Source of the DNA: Ginglymostoma cirratum
Taxonomy: Eukaryota
Length of the DNA: 64,000 nt
Assembly: GCA_024137785.1 (NCBI GenBank)
Contig: JAHRHZ010000102.1
Coordinates: 1,048,220 to 1,112,219 of the forward strand
Direction of reading: 5' to 3'
The notes under the pieces are model-generated. The model was not told the origin of the DNA, searched no databases, and worked only from the letters and a program-made list of their open reading frames with translations. Of this stretch, positions 14,384 to 26,330 are shown piece by piece. The stretch's first letter is position 1; every line of letters begins with the position of its first letter. The translations under genes and the position numbers were made by a program.

Positions 14384-17262
14384 GGGAAGGCGATGGCCTA
14401 GTGGCATTATCGCTAGACTATTAATCCAGGCACACAGATAATGTTCTTGGGACCCAGATTTGAATCCCACCAATGGCAGATGGTGGGATTAATTTCGAAA
14501 TTAAAAAAATTAGGAATCTACTGACAACTATGAAATCATTGTCAATTGTCAGAAAAACCCATCTGGTTCACTAATGTCCTTCAGGAAAGTAAATCTGCCA
14601 TCCTCACCTGGTCTGGTCTACATGTGACTCCAGACGCAGGGAAATGTGGTTGACTTTCAACTGCCCTCTGAAATGGCCGAGCAAGCTATTCAGTGTACCA
14701 GTCGCAACAAAGTCTCAAAGAAATGAAACCAGATGGATCACTTGACATTGACCTAGGCACCGGAAAAGTAAACAGCAGAAACTGCTCTGTCGACCCTGTA
14801 AACTCCTCCTCACTAACATCTGGCGGCTAGTGCCAAAATTGGAAAGCTGTCTCACAGATTAGACAAGCATCAACCTGACATAGTCATACTCACGGAATCA
14901 TACATTACAGACAATGCCCCAGACATTACCATCACCACTCCTGGATATGTCCTGTCTCGCTGCGAGGACAGACCCAGCAAAGGTCGCAGCACAGTGATAT
15001 ACAGTGGGGAGGCTGTTGCCCTAGGATTCCTCAACATTGACTCCTGATCCATTGAAGTCCCATCGCTTCAGGTTAAAGATGGGCAAGGAAGCCTCCTGTT
15101 GATTACCGCATACCATCCTCCCTCAGCTGATGAATTGGTACTCCTCCATGTTGAACAACACTTAGAGGAAGCACTGAGGATGGCAGGGGCACAAAATGTA
15201 ATCTGGGTGAGGAATTTCAAATGTCCATCACCAAGAGTGGTTCAGCATCTATACTACTGATTGAGCTGGTGGGGTTCAAAAGATCTGCAGCAGGTGGTGA
15301 GGGAAACAACAGGAGGGAAAAAACATACTTGGCGTCATCCTTCACCAACAGCCAGCTGCAGATGCATCTGTTGATTACAGTATCAGTAAGAGCGACTACT
15401 GCACATTCCTTGTGGAGACGAAGTCTCACTTTCACATTGAGAATAACTTCCATCGTGTTGTGTGGCACTATCATGCTAAATGGGACAGATTTCAAATAGA
15501 TCTAGCAACTCAAGACTGGGCCACATCCAGTCATGAATGGTGATGGACGATTAAACAACTCACTGGAGGATTAGACTCCACAAATATCCCCATCCTCAAT
15601 GATGGAAGAGCCTAGCACATCAGTGTATAAGAGATGGCTGAAGATTTTGCACTCAGCTTGGCATTCTCCAGTGGTCCCCAGCGTTACAGATACCAGTCTT
15701 CAGCAAATTTGATGCACTCCATGTGATATCAAGAAATGGTTGGCGACACTGGATACGACAAGGGCTATGGGCCCTGACAACATTCCAGAAATAGTATTGA
15801 AGACTTGTGCTCCAGAACTTGCTGCTCCCTGAGCCAAGTTGTTCCAGTACAGTTACAACACTGGCATCTACCCGACAATACAGAAAATTGCCCACGTATG
15901 TCCTGTACATAAAAAGCAGTACAAATCCAACCTGGCCAGTTACCACCCCATCAATCTACTGTTGATCATCAGTAAAGTGATGGAAGCTGTCATCAACAGT
16001 GTTGTCAAACAGGACCTGCTCAAAAATAACCTGCTCTGTGACGCCCAGTTTGGGTTCCATCAGGGCCTCTCAGCTCCTGATCTCATTACAGCCTTGGTTC
16101 AAACATGGACACCACAGTTGAATTCCAGAGGTGAGTTGAGAGTGACAGCCTTTGACATCAAGGCTGCATTCGACTGATTGTGACATCAAGGAGCCCTGGA
16201 AAAACTGGAATCAATGGGTATCAGGGGGCTAACTGTCTGGTAGTTAGTCATACTTGACACACAGGAAGAAGATCGTGGTTGTTGAGAGGTCAGTCATCTC
16301 AGCTCCAAGACATCTCTGCCAGAGTTCCTCCTCTCGTAGGCCCAACCGTCTTCAGATGCTTCATCAATGACCTTCCCTCCATCGTAACGTCAGAGGTGGG
16401 GATGTTTGCGGATGATTACACAATGTTCAGCATCATTCGTGACTCCTCAGACACTGAAGCAGTCCATGTCCAAAGGCAACAAGACCTGGACAGTATCCAG
16501 GCTTGGACTGACAAGTGGCAACCAACATACACGCCACACAAATACCAATAAGAGACAACCTAACCACCATCCCCTGATATTCAATGGTGTTACCAATACT
16601 GTATTCCCCACTATTAATATCCTGGGAGATATCATTGACCAGAAACTCAACTGGACTCACCACATAAATGCATTGATTACAAGAGCAGGTCTGAGGCTCG
16701 CAATACTGTGGTGAGTAACTCACCTGCTGACTCAGGAAAGCCTGTCCACCATTTATGAGGCATGAGTCAGGAGTGTGATGGAAAACACCCCACTTGCCTG
16801 GATGAGTGCAGTCCCAACAACACTCAAGAAGCTTGACACCATCCAGAAAAAGCACCCTGCTTGATTGGCACTGTATCCACTAGCATCCACTCCCTTCACT
16901 ACCGATGCTTGGTTGCAGCAGTGTGTACTATCTACAAGATGCACTGCAGAAATTCACCAAAGGTCCACAGACATCACCTTCCAAACTCATGACCACTTCC
17001 ATCTCAAAGGACAAGGGCATAAGATAAATGAGAACACTATCATCTTCAAGTTCCCCTCCAAACCACTCACCATCCTAACTTGGAAACCTATCGCTGTTCC
17101 TTCCCTCCCTAATGGCATTGTGGGTCAACCTACAGCAGGTGGACTGCAGTGGTTCAAGCAGGCAGCTCACCACCACCTTCTCAAGGGCAACTAGGGACGG
17201 GCAATAAACGCTGGCCAGCCAGTGATCCCACATCCCACCAATAAACGAATAGATTAATAAAA
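14384..17262 (+). mobile_element. Decayed near-full-length non-LTR retrotransposon (APE endonuclease + RT, CR1/L2-group) with tRNA-like 5' head
   Basis: A box TGGCCTAGTGG 14394-14404 and B-like GATTTGAATCC 14457-14467; endonuclease LLTNIW..QPDIVILTESY; RT YHPINLLLIISKVME, QFGF, DIKAAFD and MFADD; 3' tail gggcaataaacgctggcc. Confidence 0.9.
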
Positions 17263-17537
17263 TGGTACAAGATGACATTTAACAAATAACAAACAAAGGT
17301 GCATTCAAACCAGACCAAAAACAGTTAACACTTCTACATGGTTCAGTGAACTATCACAGCACTGAACCCTGATGTCCATTTCCTTTTCCAGTTATAACTG
17401 CCTGCCATCCTTTCTGGCTCCAGTTCTGCTAAAATATTAGCTACAGACCCGAATCCAGAGTCTGCCGCATTCCACCCTGGAATACAGGAGGTCTTTGGAG
17501 CAGCACATTATATTTCCCTTCTCATAAACATTTTCCT

Positions 17538-17557
17538 GAATCCAATCCTCATCACCA
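17538..17557 (-). other. Primer-binding site complementary to tRNA-Ser(GCT)
   Basis: TGGTGATGAGGATTGGATTC vs expected TGGCGACGAGGATGGGATTC (17/20, two CpG decays); 4 nt after an LTR CA end. Confidence 0.7.
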
Positions 17558-17561
17558 ACAT

Positions 17562-18028
17562 TGTCTTGGATGAAAGAGTGTATCCAAGCAGGTTTTGTTA
17601 TATTCAGTTAAACATAGTTTAAGACTCAACAACAGCAATTTGCTTAAATATGAATATTTATTGAGGAATAATAAAAGATGAAAGAGGAAGGGAAAAAAAT
17701 CAATAAGTAAAAGATGAAAAAAAGGTAAAAAAATAAGCCTCATACACTTCTGCTAGTCGAGGACTCCTCAATCGACGGCTGGTATAGAGGCTTAGGTTTG
17801 TTCCTGGCACCACGCGTGATCCCAGTCCAAGGTGAAGTCCAACAACTTGGAAAGAAACTCTTTTATATAGGGTAACAAACAGCACATACAGAAAAACGAT
17901 TTAATTTCACCATCTTTGATGCAGACAGGGATGTTCACAGGACACATTCAAGGTCATGCAGCTGTACAATATCATCAACAATTTTAGACCTTCAGCCTAC
18001 ACTATACACCAAAAGAGTTTTAAAGACA
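17562..18028 (-). mobile_element. 5' LTR of an LTR retroelement/ERV
   Basis: TGTCTT...AAGACA terminal inverted repeats, minus-strand TATATAAAAG (~17860-17869), AATAAA (~17657-17662), adjacent PBS. Confidence 0.6.
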
Positions 18029-18792
18029 GGCTGCCAGAAGTGAGGAAAATAAAGCCCAGAAGATTTATTGAGCATATTACTGGCATGTGAGAATGAGAAA
18101 TAAATCAAGGATTAAGCCTTTCAGCTTTCTAAAGATCCACTGAGATTAATGCAATAATGCTGGATTTATTATCTAACTCCTCCTTCATGCAGTATGTTGG
18201 TACACCTTGTCAAACAAGAAAATGTCCATTCCAATCTTGTATATTTCTGACAGATGCACATTCACAATATTGTCTAACAGAGAATCCCAAAGATTCAGAT
18301 CAAAATGTACAATCAATTCACTATTTACCTGAGCCCAAATATTTAAATGTTATTCAGAGACATTCTTCTCATTCTAGACTCCAGTGCCATATTGTGTGGT
18401 AATATGAGTTTAAGATGAAATGATATAGAATTACTTCAGTTATGTGCCTTGTACAAGTGGGGACGCAGCACAGCAACATCGTTTAAATACAACTGAAATA
18501 TACGATCAAAATTACCAACAAAACTTTACATAACTTGATGGCACAGATGGAGCTTGGCATATTCACTGCATTTCATTTACAAACTGGAGTGCAGAAACTG
18601 AGTTCAGATGAAAAGAATTCACGCATGGATTATTCCTACTCAAAGAGGCCTTAAGATGATCTCATCATGTTTCATCATATTTAGTACACTTGTCTTGCTT
18701 GTGCAAAAGTTACTTTTCCCTTAAGAGGTTCAATAAAGTACTTTATATTAAGAAAGAGAAACAGAACAGAAAGCAACAGAAAATAAATATGT

Positions 18793-18901
18793 GAGAGATA
18801 TATGATTTCTGATGAAGGGTTTAGGCCCGAAACGTCAAGTTTTCCTGCTCCTATGATGCTGCTTGACCTGCTGTGTTCATCCAGCCCCATGCTTGTTATC
18901 T
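18793..18901 (+). mobile_element. 109-bp Penelope-derived insertion with intact hammerhead motif (18805-18840)
   Basis: Nearly identical to 8840-8936; flanked by a perfect 15-bp direct repeat AGAAAATAAATATGT (18778-18792, 18902-18916). Confidence 0.85.
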
Positions 18902-19691
18902 AGAAAATAAATATGTACTTGCCTGATAACTTTTTCCCCAATGTCTCTTCTATGAAATTTTCTCTATCCTAATTCAACTTTGTCAAGTCTTCTATCGTTT
19001 ACTTACAGTTCATTTGACTTGTTCCTTCATCATTATCTTTGTATTTTCTTACTGCTTTCGCTTGTTTGCCTCCTACCTGAACCCTCTTGAATGCTGTTTC
19101 TTCCGTCTTTCCTTGTTGCCATTGTACTTACAGCAAGCGTTTATTCATCAATGGCTATTCTCCAATCGATTTCTTTTTTCAAATATGGTGTTAACCATTC
19201 GCTTAACACTTTCTTTATTTTTGTGAAATATTAATTTCAGTAAACAATGTGTTCATTCCCACACGTTCAATCTCATTTCTTCCATTACACAACTTAACAT
19301 GCATTTATATCTTGCATGGAAGCAGCAGAATAATAATTGTTACTTGTAATTTATTTGACATTATTGTAGAATCGTATGGATGCCTCTATCAAATACAACA
19401 TGGCTGACAATTTTGATTTGATCTGGAGGAACCAAGAACTATTTGTGAACTTTTGGACACGATAACATCAAAGAGATTTCATTTAACCAAGGTGCGTTTC
19501 TTTTTCAGTTTGACGTCAAAGTATTGGCCAGATTTATACGACAAATTCAACAGGTAACATTTTGCTTATACTAGTCATCAAGTGAACAGCAAAAAGAGTT
19601 TTCAAATCAAATAAATGAAGAATTTCCTATTATTTTGAAGCTGTCCATTGTAATTCTTTAGACAAAGCATTAATGTATGATTTATGTTTGC

Positions 19692-20593
19692 TTAATTTAG
19701 TATGTTTGCTAATAGGCTGTTTGGATGTTTGAACACCTTCTTGACTTCCTCTCTGAACTTACTCTGAGTTAATGCGTAAATAAGAGTGTTGGTACAACAA
19801 CTGAAGAGCTGGAGCATATTTGCACTTTCTTGCAGAATAAATCTGGAGTCACTGAAGCTGCTGATCTGATAATCAAGTTTGAGGAGCATGTGAAAGAAAT
19901 GTACAATATATGTCATCCACAACACAATGAAACTTCCAGAGACAGCAAAGAGCAAAATGATAGATTTTGTCCGTTTCTCAATTTCGGAGTCTGTCAAATT
20001 ATCTCTATTTCTGCAAGACAAAATTCTCCTGCATGCTCGATTCGCTGCTAGGATGTATCTGATAGTCAGAGCATTGAGCAGGAGAATCAGAAAGAACGGC
20101 AGACAGGGGTTTAAAATTCGGTCAATCCAATTAAATGTTGCCCATATTGGTGATGTAACAATTATTTCCTTCAATTTGCAATACCAGGGGTTGTTGTTAA
20201 TTATGTAGATGGGTTCATGCAGAAAGTACCAGGGAACACTCTTTAAACATGCAAGGAGACCAATAATTCCAACAACTGCCACTGCCATATTTTCAGTGCA
20301 ATATTTTGTTTTCAAACTTTGACAACAAATAGACACATATCGATCAAAAGTGAAAGCAACTGTTATCCACACAGAACTGTCCCTGGCTGCAAAAGTTAAA
20401 GCATTGCTGACACTGCATATGGGAGTAATGGACAGCAAACTACCTGGAAAATAAATAGCAGGAATCCGGTTTAACAGCACGGCAGTGATGACGACAAGAA
20501 GATCCGCCACTGCCATGGACACGAGGTACCAAGAGACACATCTAGCAAGGCCGCATCTTCCTTGTGATAGGATCAAAACAGCTACTAAACTGG
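19692..20593 (-). CDS. GPR139-like class A (rhodopsin-family) GPCR, exon 2 (TM1 C-terminal part to stop)
   Basis: Uninterrupted ORF with TM2 MAVADLL, TM3 TFDRYVSIC, TM5 PCLPFFLILLLNALT and TM7 CCTNTLIY. Polypyrimidine acceptor tgctttctatctttcag ends at 20594, so the ORF-track N-terminus MLSAFYLS is intronic. Confidence 0.92.
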
Positions 20594-22242
20594 CTGAAAG
20601 ATAGAAAGCACTGAGCAATACTAAAGAGCTACTCAGCTCCTAGACACAGCGGTTTAATCAAGTACGCAGTTTTCTTTCCTGATCAGCTAAAGCATATTTC
20701 ATCATCCCATGCTAAATTTCGGTACTCAGAAATCGAGGACGAATGCACTTCCATTTTTAATCATAAGCAAGATGTATAACTTGAAATTTTCAGGGAATGA
20801 GAATAATTCATATACTGATTTCGTTACAAGTAAAGTAGAATGGTGAACATAGCTAAAGTAAATATAACATTATCCTGTTTGTGGAGAACAAAAGAAAGCC
20901 AGGAAGACTTGAGCAGTATCTGAGAAAAAGTTGTTAGAAGCAGCGAATATGAAAGACCTGCGATGTAGAATTCACTTGAGGGGTTTCAAATGATTAATAA
21001 GATTCGAAAGAAAAGTGGATTAGTTTTTGTAGCATACTGGACTCTCTTTAGGTTCACTTAATGTCGAATTGATGTATTTCCCGTTCACAAGTCTGCAACT
21101 TTGCTTGTTTCGTTGATATGAATGTCTAATAATATTTTGACATTTAAGCTTCATTGGGAAACTTCAACACGTAACCAAACATGATGCAAATGCTGTCACT
21201 ATCAACAATTGGTTAGCAATTAATCACGACGCACAAACAAATGTTAATTATATTCTTCTGAAGATGCGTTCAACCTCCCTAAATATGCTTCTGCCTTACT
21301 TCAAAGGATAACACAGTACGAGATTTATGTTTGATCTTCACTTAATATTTAGTTATTGATCGTCTCACATGAAAACTTATTTTCCATCAATTTGTATGTC
21401 ATTACTTGTCTATGCATGCTGTGTGCAAATGTGACGTGGTTTTCGCCTAGCTGCATTGCATTTAGAAATATTTGAGATTAGAGATGTATGGAAGTCAGAA
21501 GACCCCATATGAACGTGAATCTCTGAAAATACATTATATGTGTGTGTATCTCCTACCTTCTCTAAAGCTTCGCAAATGACAGCAATTTTGTAAAATACAC
21601 TGTGAAATACATTACGTTATCATGGCATTTGTAATGATACAACATTGTCTTTTTTTTTGATAATTGATCAGGAAGAGTCACGATAGAGTATCGTGGACTA
21701 GCTTGTGTTTTGCAACAGATCTACCGCGCATGGAATGCAGTGACATACCGCATCATCACATTTCAAAGGACATTTAGGAAGGGGCTACAAATGCTGGCTT
21801 GACTGGCAAGACCCACGTTCTACGAATATTTTTTTCTAGGAAAAGAACGAAAAGAACTTTCTGTCGTTTTGCCAGTATTAAAAGAGTCAATTAGATGCTC
21901 TTATTCAAGTCGCTCTGTTTACTCTGGAACAATTGGAAAACAGGGTCAAGTACAATTCTAGCGACAAATACAGGTTGAACACTTAAAAATCAGTTGACTG
22001 AATCCTACATCTGAAGGAAACTGTCGTCCAAGAACAAAAAAACTTAAAGATATTTTCAACAAATAACAGCACTGAAAAATAATACCGTCGCACTGCAGCT
22101 TGTATTATTGTTCCAAATATGACCACTGTGCAGTCTTCTGTGTGGAATACAGGTTACGGTATGTGTTGTTAAATGTCAGGTGCCTAGATAATCCGCACAT
22201 CCAGTGCTTTAACAAAGAACATAACATGCTGAAACATTTTAC

Positions 22243-22312
22243 CTGGAAGGGCGACAATTGCAAGCACTGTGTAGTATATGCCATAGACGAGGCCTTTTGG
22301 TGGAGTGTGCAT
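22243..22312 (-). CDS. GPR139-like GPCR, exon 1 (MHTPPKGLVYGIYYTVLAIVALP + G)
   Basis: ATG at 22312, 70 nt, phase-1 donor CCAG|gtaaaa. Joins exon 2 (G|CC = Ala) in frame, giving 323 aa and completing TM1. Intron 20594-22242. Confidence 0.88.
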
Positions 22313-22476
22313 ATTCTGTCAGAAGCAGTGATATCTCTTTGATAACCCATACATTTATTGCTCGATTATCAAAGCATCCATTAATATACCCGATGTAAGC
22401 CGCAGAGACAAAAATTATGCGGCTGTATAATTAATGTGCCTATCTGCCTTTAAACAAGCAAGTTATGTAACCTCAA

Positions 22477-22484
22477 CTTTTATA
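22477..22484 (-). promoter_or_regulatory. Candidate TATA box of the GPCR gene
   Basis: TATAAAAG on the minus strand ~165 bp upstream of the ATG; the AT-rich context makes this weak. Confidence 0.3.
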
Positions 22485-22831
22485 TTAATTACGGTAATTA
22501 AACAAACTAAATAAACGTTAAATTAGCCCCTGTATTCGATGCAGTACAGCTGACAAAATTGGATTCAACAGAATTTTCATGGGATCGTGATAGTTGCAGT
22601 GCAGCCGAATCTTAAATCACGTGATTACTTACTTCTGATTTATAAAACTCTCTGGAAATAAATGTAAAATAATGAATATGAATTCGGAATAGATACCACG
22701 CACAAAGTATTACAGTTACTCAATTACTTAGGGAAAATTTGTGTTTTCAAAAGTAAAATATTCGTGTACATTTTTAGTGAATGGCTATGTTCTAGAAAAA
22801 CATAATTTACTACATAACAGAACAAAATCAT

Positions 22832-23060
22832 GGCGGCACGGTGGCTAGGTGGATAGCACTGCTGCCTCACAGCGTCAGGGACCAGGGGAAAATTCGACCC
22901 TCGGGCGACTGTGTGGAGTTTGCACGTTCTCCCCGTGTCTATGTGTGTTTCCACTGGGTGCTCGGGTTTCCTCCTACAGTCCAAAGATGTGCAGGTGGGG
23001 TGGATTGGCCACAGAAAATGCAGGGTTACAGGGACAGGGTTGGTCTCGGTGGGATGCACT
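22832..23060 (+). mobile_element. HE1-type V-SINE
   Basis: tRNA-like head ggcggcacggtggct..tagcactgctgcctcacagc and V-domain gtgtggagtttgcacgttctccccgtgtct. Other copies at ~3225-3403, 30650-30941, 42880-43072, 56420-56660 and 63655-63760 (-). Confidence 0.85.
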
Positions 23061-23689
23061 TTTGGCTCCCCTCTGACAGTCTGTTACGATGCCAATAGTT
23101 AACTGTCAGCACCAATGGCTGAAGTGTCAGAATTCTTAATTCCCTTTGAGAAACCAATAGTAATGAGACTACTTGAATTGCTGCAGTTCATGCGGCATTA
23201 ACATGTCTACAGCGCTGTTAGCAAGCGAGTTCCACGGTTGTGACCCAGAAACAGTGAAGGGACAGTGAAATAGTTGCAAGTCAACAGCAGTGTGATTTGG
23301 AGGAAAACTTTCAGGTGAAGCACTTCCATGCATGTGTTTCCCTTGTCCTTTAGGTTGAAGTCTTTGGGCGAACTGCCGAATGAATATGTGAACATACAAA
23401 TGACAATTTTATGAAGGCCTCTTGGCCCATCCAGAATGCTGTTACATTCATGAGACCATCATAAATCTTGCTACTTGACAGTCTTTTCAACTCTCAAAAA
23501 ATTTAACCCGATTGTTTACCGTTCAACTCGAGAATGGTGAACCTCTGGAATTCCCTGCTACAAAAATTGGTTGAGGCCAAATCATTAAATGTTTTCAAGA
23601 AACGTGTCGTTTTTTTGAAGGAGGAAGGAAGCAGTAGGTATGTGGAAAAAGTGGATGATATTGGTGATTAGCTATGAAAACATTGAATG

Positions 23690-24590
23690 AAACATGATTA
23701 GTAAGTTTGCAGATGACATCAAAATTGGTGGTATAGTAGACATTGAAGAAGGTTGTCGACAAGTATAATGGGATCTTCATCATCTGAGGAGTGGCAGACG
23801 GAGTTTAATTTAGTTGAATGTGAGATGTTACATGTTGGCAAGACAAACCAGGGCAGGATTTACACAATTAATGGGAGGACACTGAGGGGTGTTGGCCAAC
23901 AGAGTCCAGGGGCTTCATGCAGATAGTTCCTTGAAAATGGGCAGTGAAGAAGGCAGTTGGCATTCTTGCCTTCATTACTCAGAGCATTGAGTATAGGAGT
24001 TGAGCCATCAAGTTGCGGCTATACAGACCATTGGTGAGGCCACTTTTGGAGTGCTGCATATAGTTCTTGTCGCTCTGCTATAGGAAAAATATTGTTAAAT
24101 TAGAAAGGGTACAGACAAGTTTGGCAAAGAAGTTACTGGGGCGGGGTGGTATCTAGATATGAAGAGAGGCTGGATAGGCTGCGACTCTTTTCCCTGGAGC
24201 GTAGGAGGTTGAGGGATGACCTATAGGGGTATATAAAATCATGAGGGCCATAAATAAGGTGAATAGCAAAGGTCTTTTCCTGAGTGTAGGAGAGTTCAAA
24301 ACTAGAGGGCATAGGTTTAAGTTGAGAAAGAATAATTTGTAAATGACCCGAGGGCAACTTTTTCACACATAGGGTGATGTATATATGAAATGAACTTCCA
24401 GAGGAAGCGGCAGATGCAGGTAAAGTTACAATAGTTAAAAGACATTTGGACAGGTACATGAACAGGATAGGTTTCAAGGAATATGGGCCAAATGCAGGCA
24501 AATGGGATTGGTTTAATTCGTGAACTGTGGTTGGCATGGATGAGTTGAACCAAAGGGTCTGTTTCCGTGCAGTATGACATTGTGACTCTT
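23690..24590 (+). mobile_element. CR1 LINE 3' fragment
   Basis: KFADDIKIGG, LVRPLLE.C and CR1 3' tail gggtctgtttccgtgcagtatga. Confidence 0.85.
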
Positions 24591-25729
24591 AGGAGGAGCA
24601 GGCTCGAAGTTTGAAGGTAGAAAGCTGGTGAGGGGATAGAGTATGAGCTAGGAGTCTGTGATGTGTTAGATGGCTGCTGGATAAGCTGGTATGCACATAG
24701 TCTGGTAGAGTGGCACCAAGGCAAACAAGTATGGCCACACTGAACTAGGTTGGTAGAGTGGTGCTTGTCGATGAGGTGTAGTTTGAGGAGAAGCGCAACT
24801 AGTGTGCCGTGTGCCAGGTTGGTAAGTTGAGAGGTCGGTAGGGCGCCAAACTGGATCGATTGCAGAAGGGCATCTTGGCAAAGTGGCATGTGGACACGAT
24901 GTGAAAAGGCAATGCTCAGAATTTGGAAAAGTAGCCGGCGGGAAAGGACAGATGTGAAGGGAGATAGGACACAAGGTGCACGGGTTGACTTGGGTAAGTG
25001 ATCGAAGGCTGACAGCATGTCTGGATGGGTTCTGCCTTGTCAGGGTTTGCTGCCAGATCCAGTCAGAGCCAGATACACCACAGACCAGGTACAGGGTGGC
25101 AGGAGGGGAATTGAGTGAAAGGAATCAAAAGTTCATGTCCATCTGGATTATAGATTGTCTTGAACGCGTGTTATTGTCGTGTAATGGGTGTCACGTGTTC
25201 CGAGGGTGAGCACATGTCTGGCAGGGTTGGGGGTTGTCATTGTTGTTGGAAGTTCAGGTCTACACAGAGAGTGAGAGAGCAGTGCTCAGTATGAGAAATT
25301 TTGTGGTAAACTAGGTGTCAGTTTATTAGTTATTGAAGGTACAGTGGACTTGTTAATTTCACAAACTATACATGGGTATATGTTCAACCTAGTTAACCCT
25401 AACACTACAAAGTCTCTGAATCTTAATGGAGGTATGCATAATTTCAGAGGCCTTCAGACTTCAGATAATTGCCAACTAGAAGTTTAAACTTCCAGACAAT
25501 TTGTATTAAGTCACCTGCAACATACATCCTCACAGTCCTGGTCCTCAGCTCCTGTCCATGTTGCTGCAGCAACCTTCTTCCCAGAGATAATTCTGACATG
25601 CACTGGTAAGTGCAAAGTAAGTTTCCCAACTCAATTGTGCCATGCATTTCCATGAAGATTGATTTTAAATATTTCTCTTGATTTTCAATGTTATTACCAT
25701 TGCAGAATCCCACATAATCAACGTACTGT

Positions 25730-26330
25730 CACAAAGCAAATACCGTGGTAACAACAGCAGGACAGAGAGACCAGACGTTTCGGAAGAGTAATTCACCTCC
25801 TATCCCCAAAATGCCTGTCCACCTTCAACAAGGCACAAGATAGTTATGTTCTGGAATATTATCTGCTTGTCCGGATAATTGTACCTTTTTAACAGTAAAG
25901 AAGCTCGTCACCATCCAACGCAATGGCATGCGCTTGACTGGCATCCCAATTCACCACGTTCAATATTCACTCCTTCACTACTAATGCAGAGTGGGACCAT
26001 TATTAGTTCTCTGTTCTACTGCAGAAACTCAGCCAGACTCCTTCCACAGCAGATTCTGAACCCATGACTTACAAAGGCAGGGGCAGTAGATGAACAACAA
26101 CAAAACCAACTGCAAGGTGTCCTCTATTTTCAACAATATTGCTGTTTCTTCACAGCCATTTGGACAAAAATCCTGCCACTCCTGTCCTAACAATATGACG
26201 AGTGTATCTGCTTTGCAAAGTCTACTATGGTTCAAAAAAGTAGCTCTCTGCCACCTGCTCAAGGACAATTAGCGATGGGAAAATAATGCTGCTGTATTCA
26301 GCAATGCCGACATCACATGAACAAAATATG
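25730..26330 (+). mobile_element. Old 3' fragment of the 14384-17262 LINE family
   Basis: Similar to 16660-17250. Other tails at ~80-260 (+), 890-1590 (-), 23160-23390 (-), 38440-38620 (+), 40630-41060 (-) and 60530-60720 (+). Confidence 0.7.

Noticed and set aside
20594-20618. ORF-track start MLSAFYLS for the GPCR
   Set aside because: It is the polypyrimidine tract and acceptor; the real start is exon 1 at 22312.
21557-21628. Alternative GPCR exon 1 (..VFHSVFYKIAVIC..|gtagga)
   Set aside because: In-frame stops and a phase-0 donor, incompatible with the phase-1 acceptor.
24317-25018. 233-aa minus-strand ORF
   Set aside because: Runs across the antisense strand of a CR1 tail and an unclassified segment; no recognisable domain.
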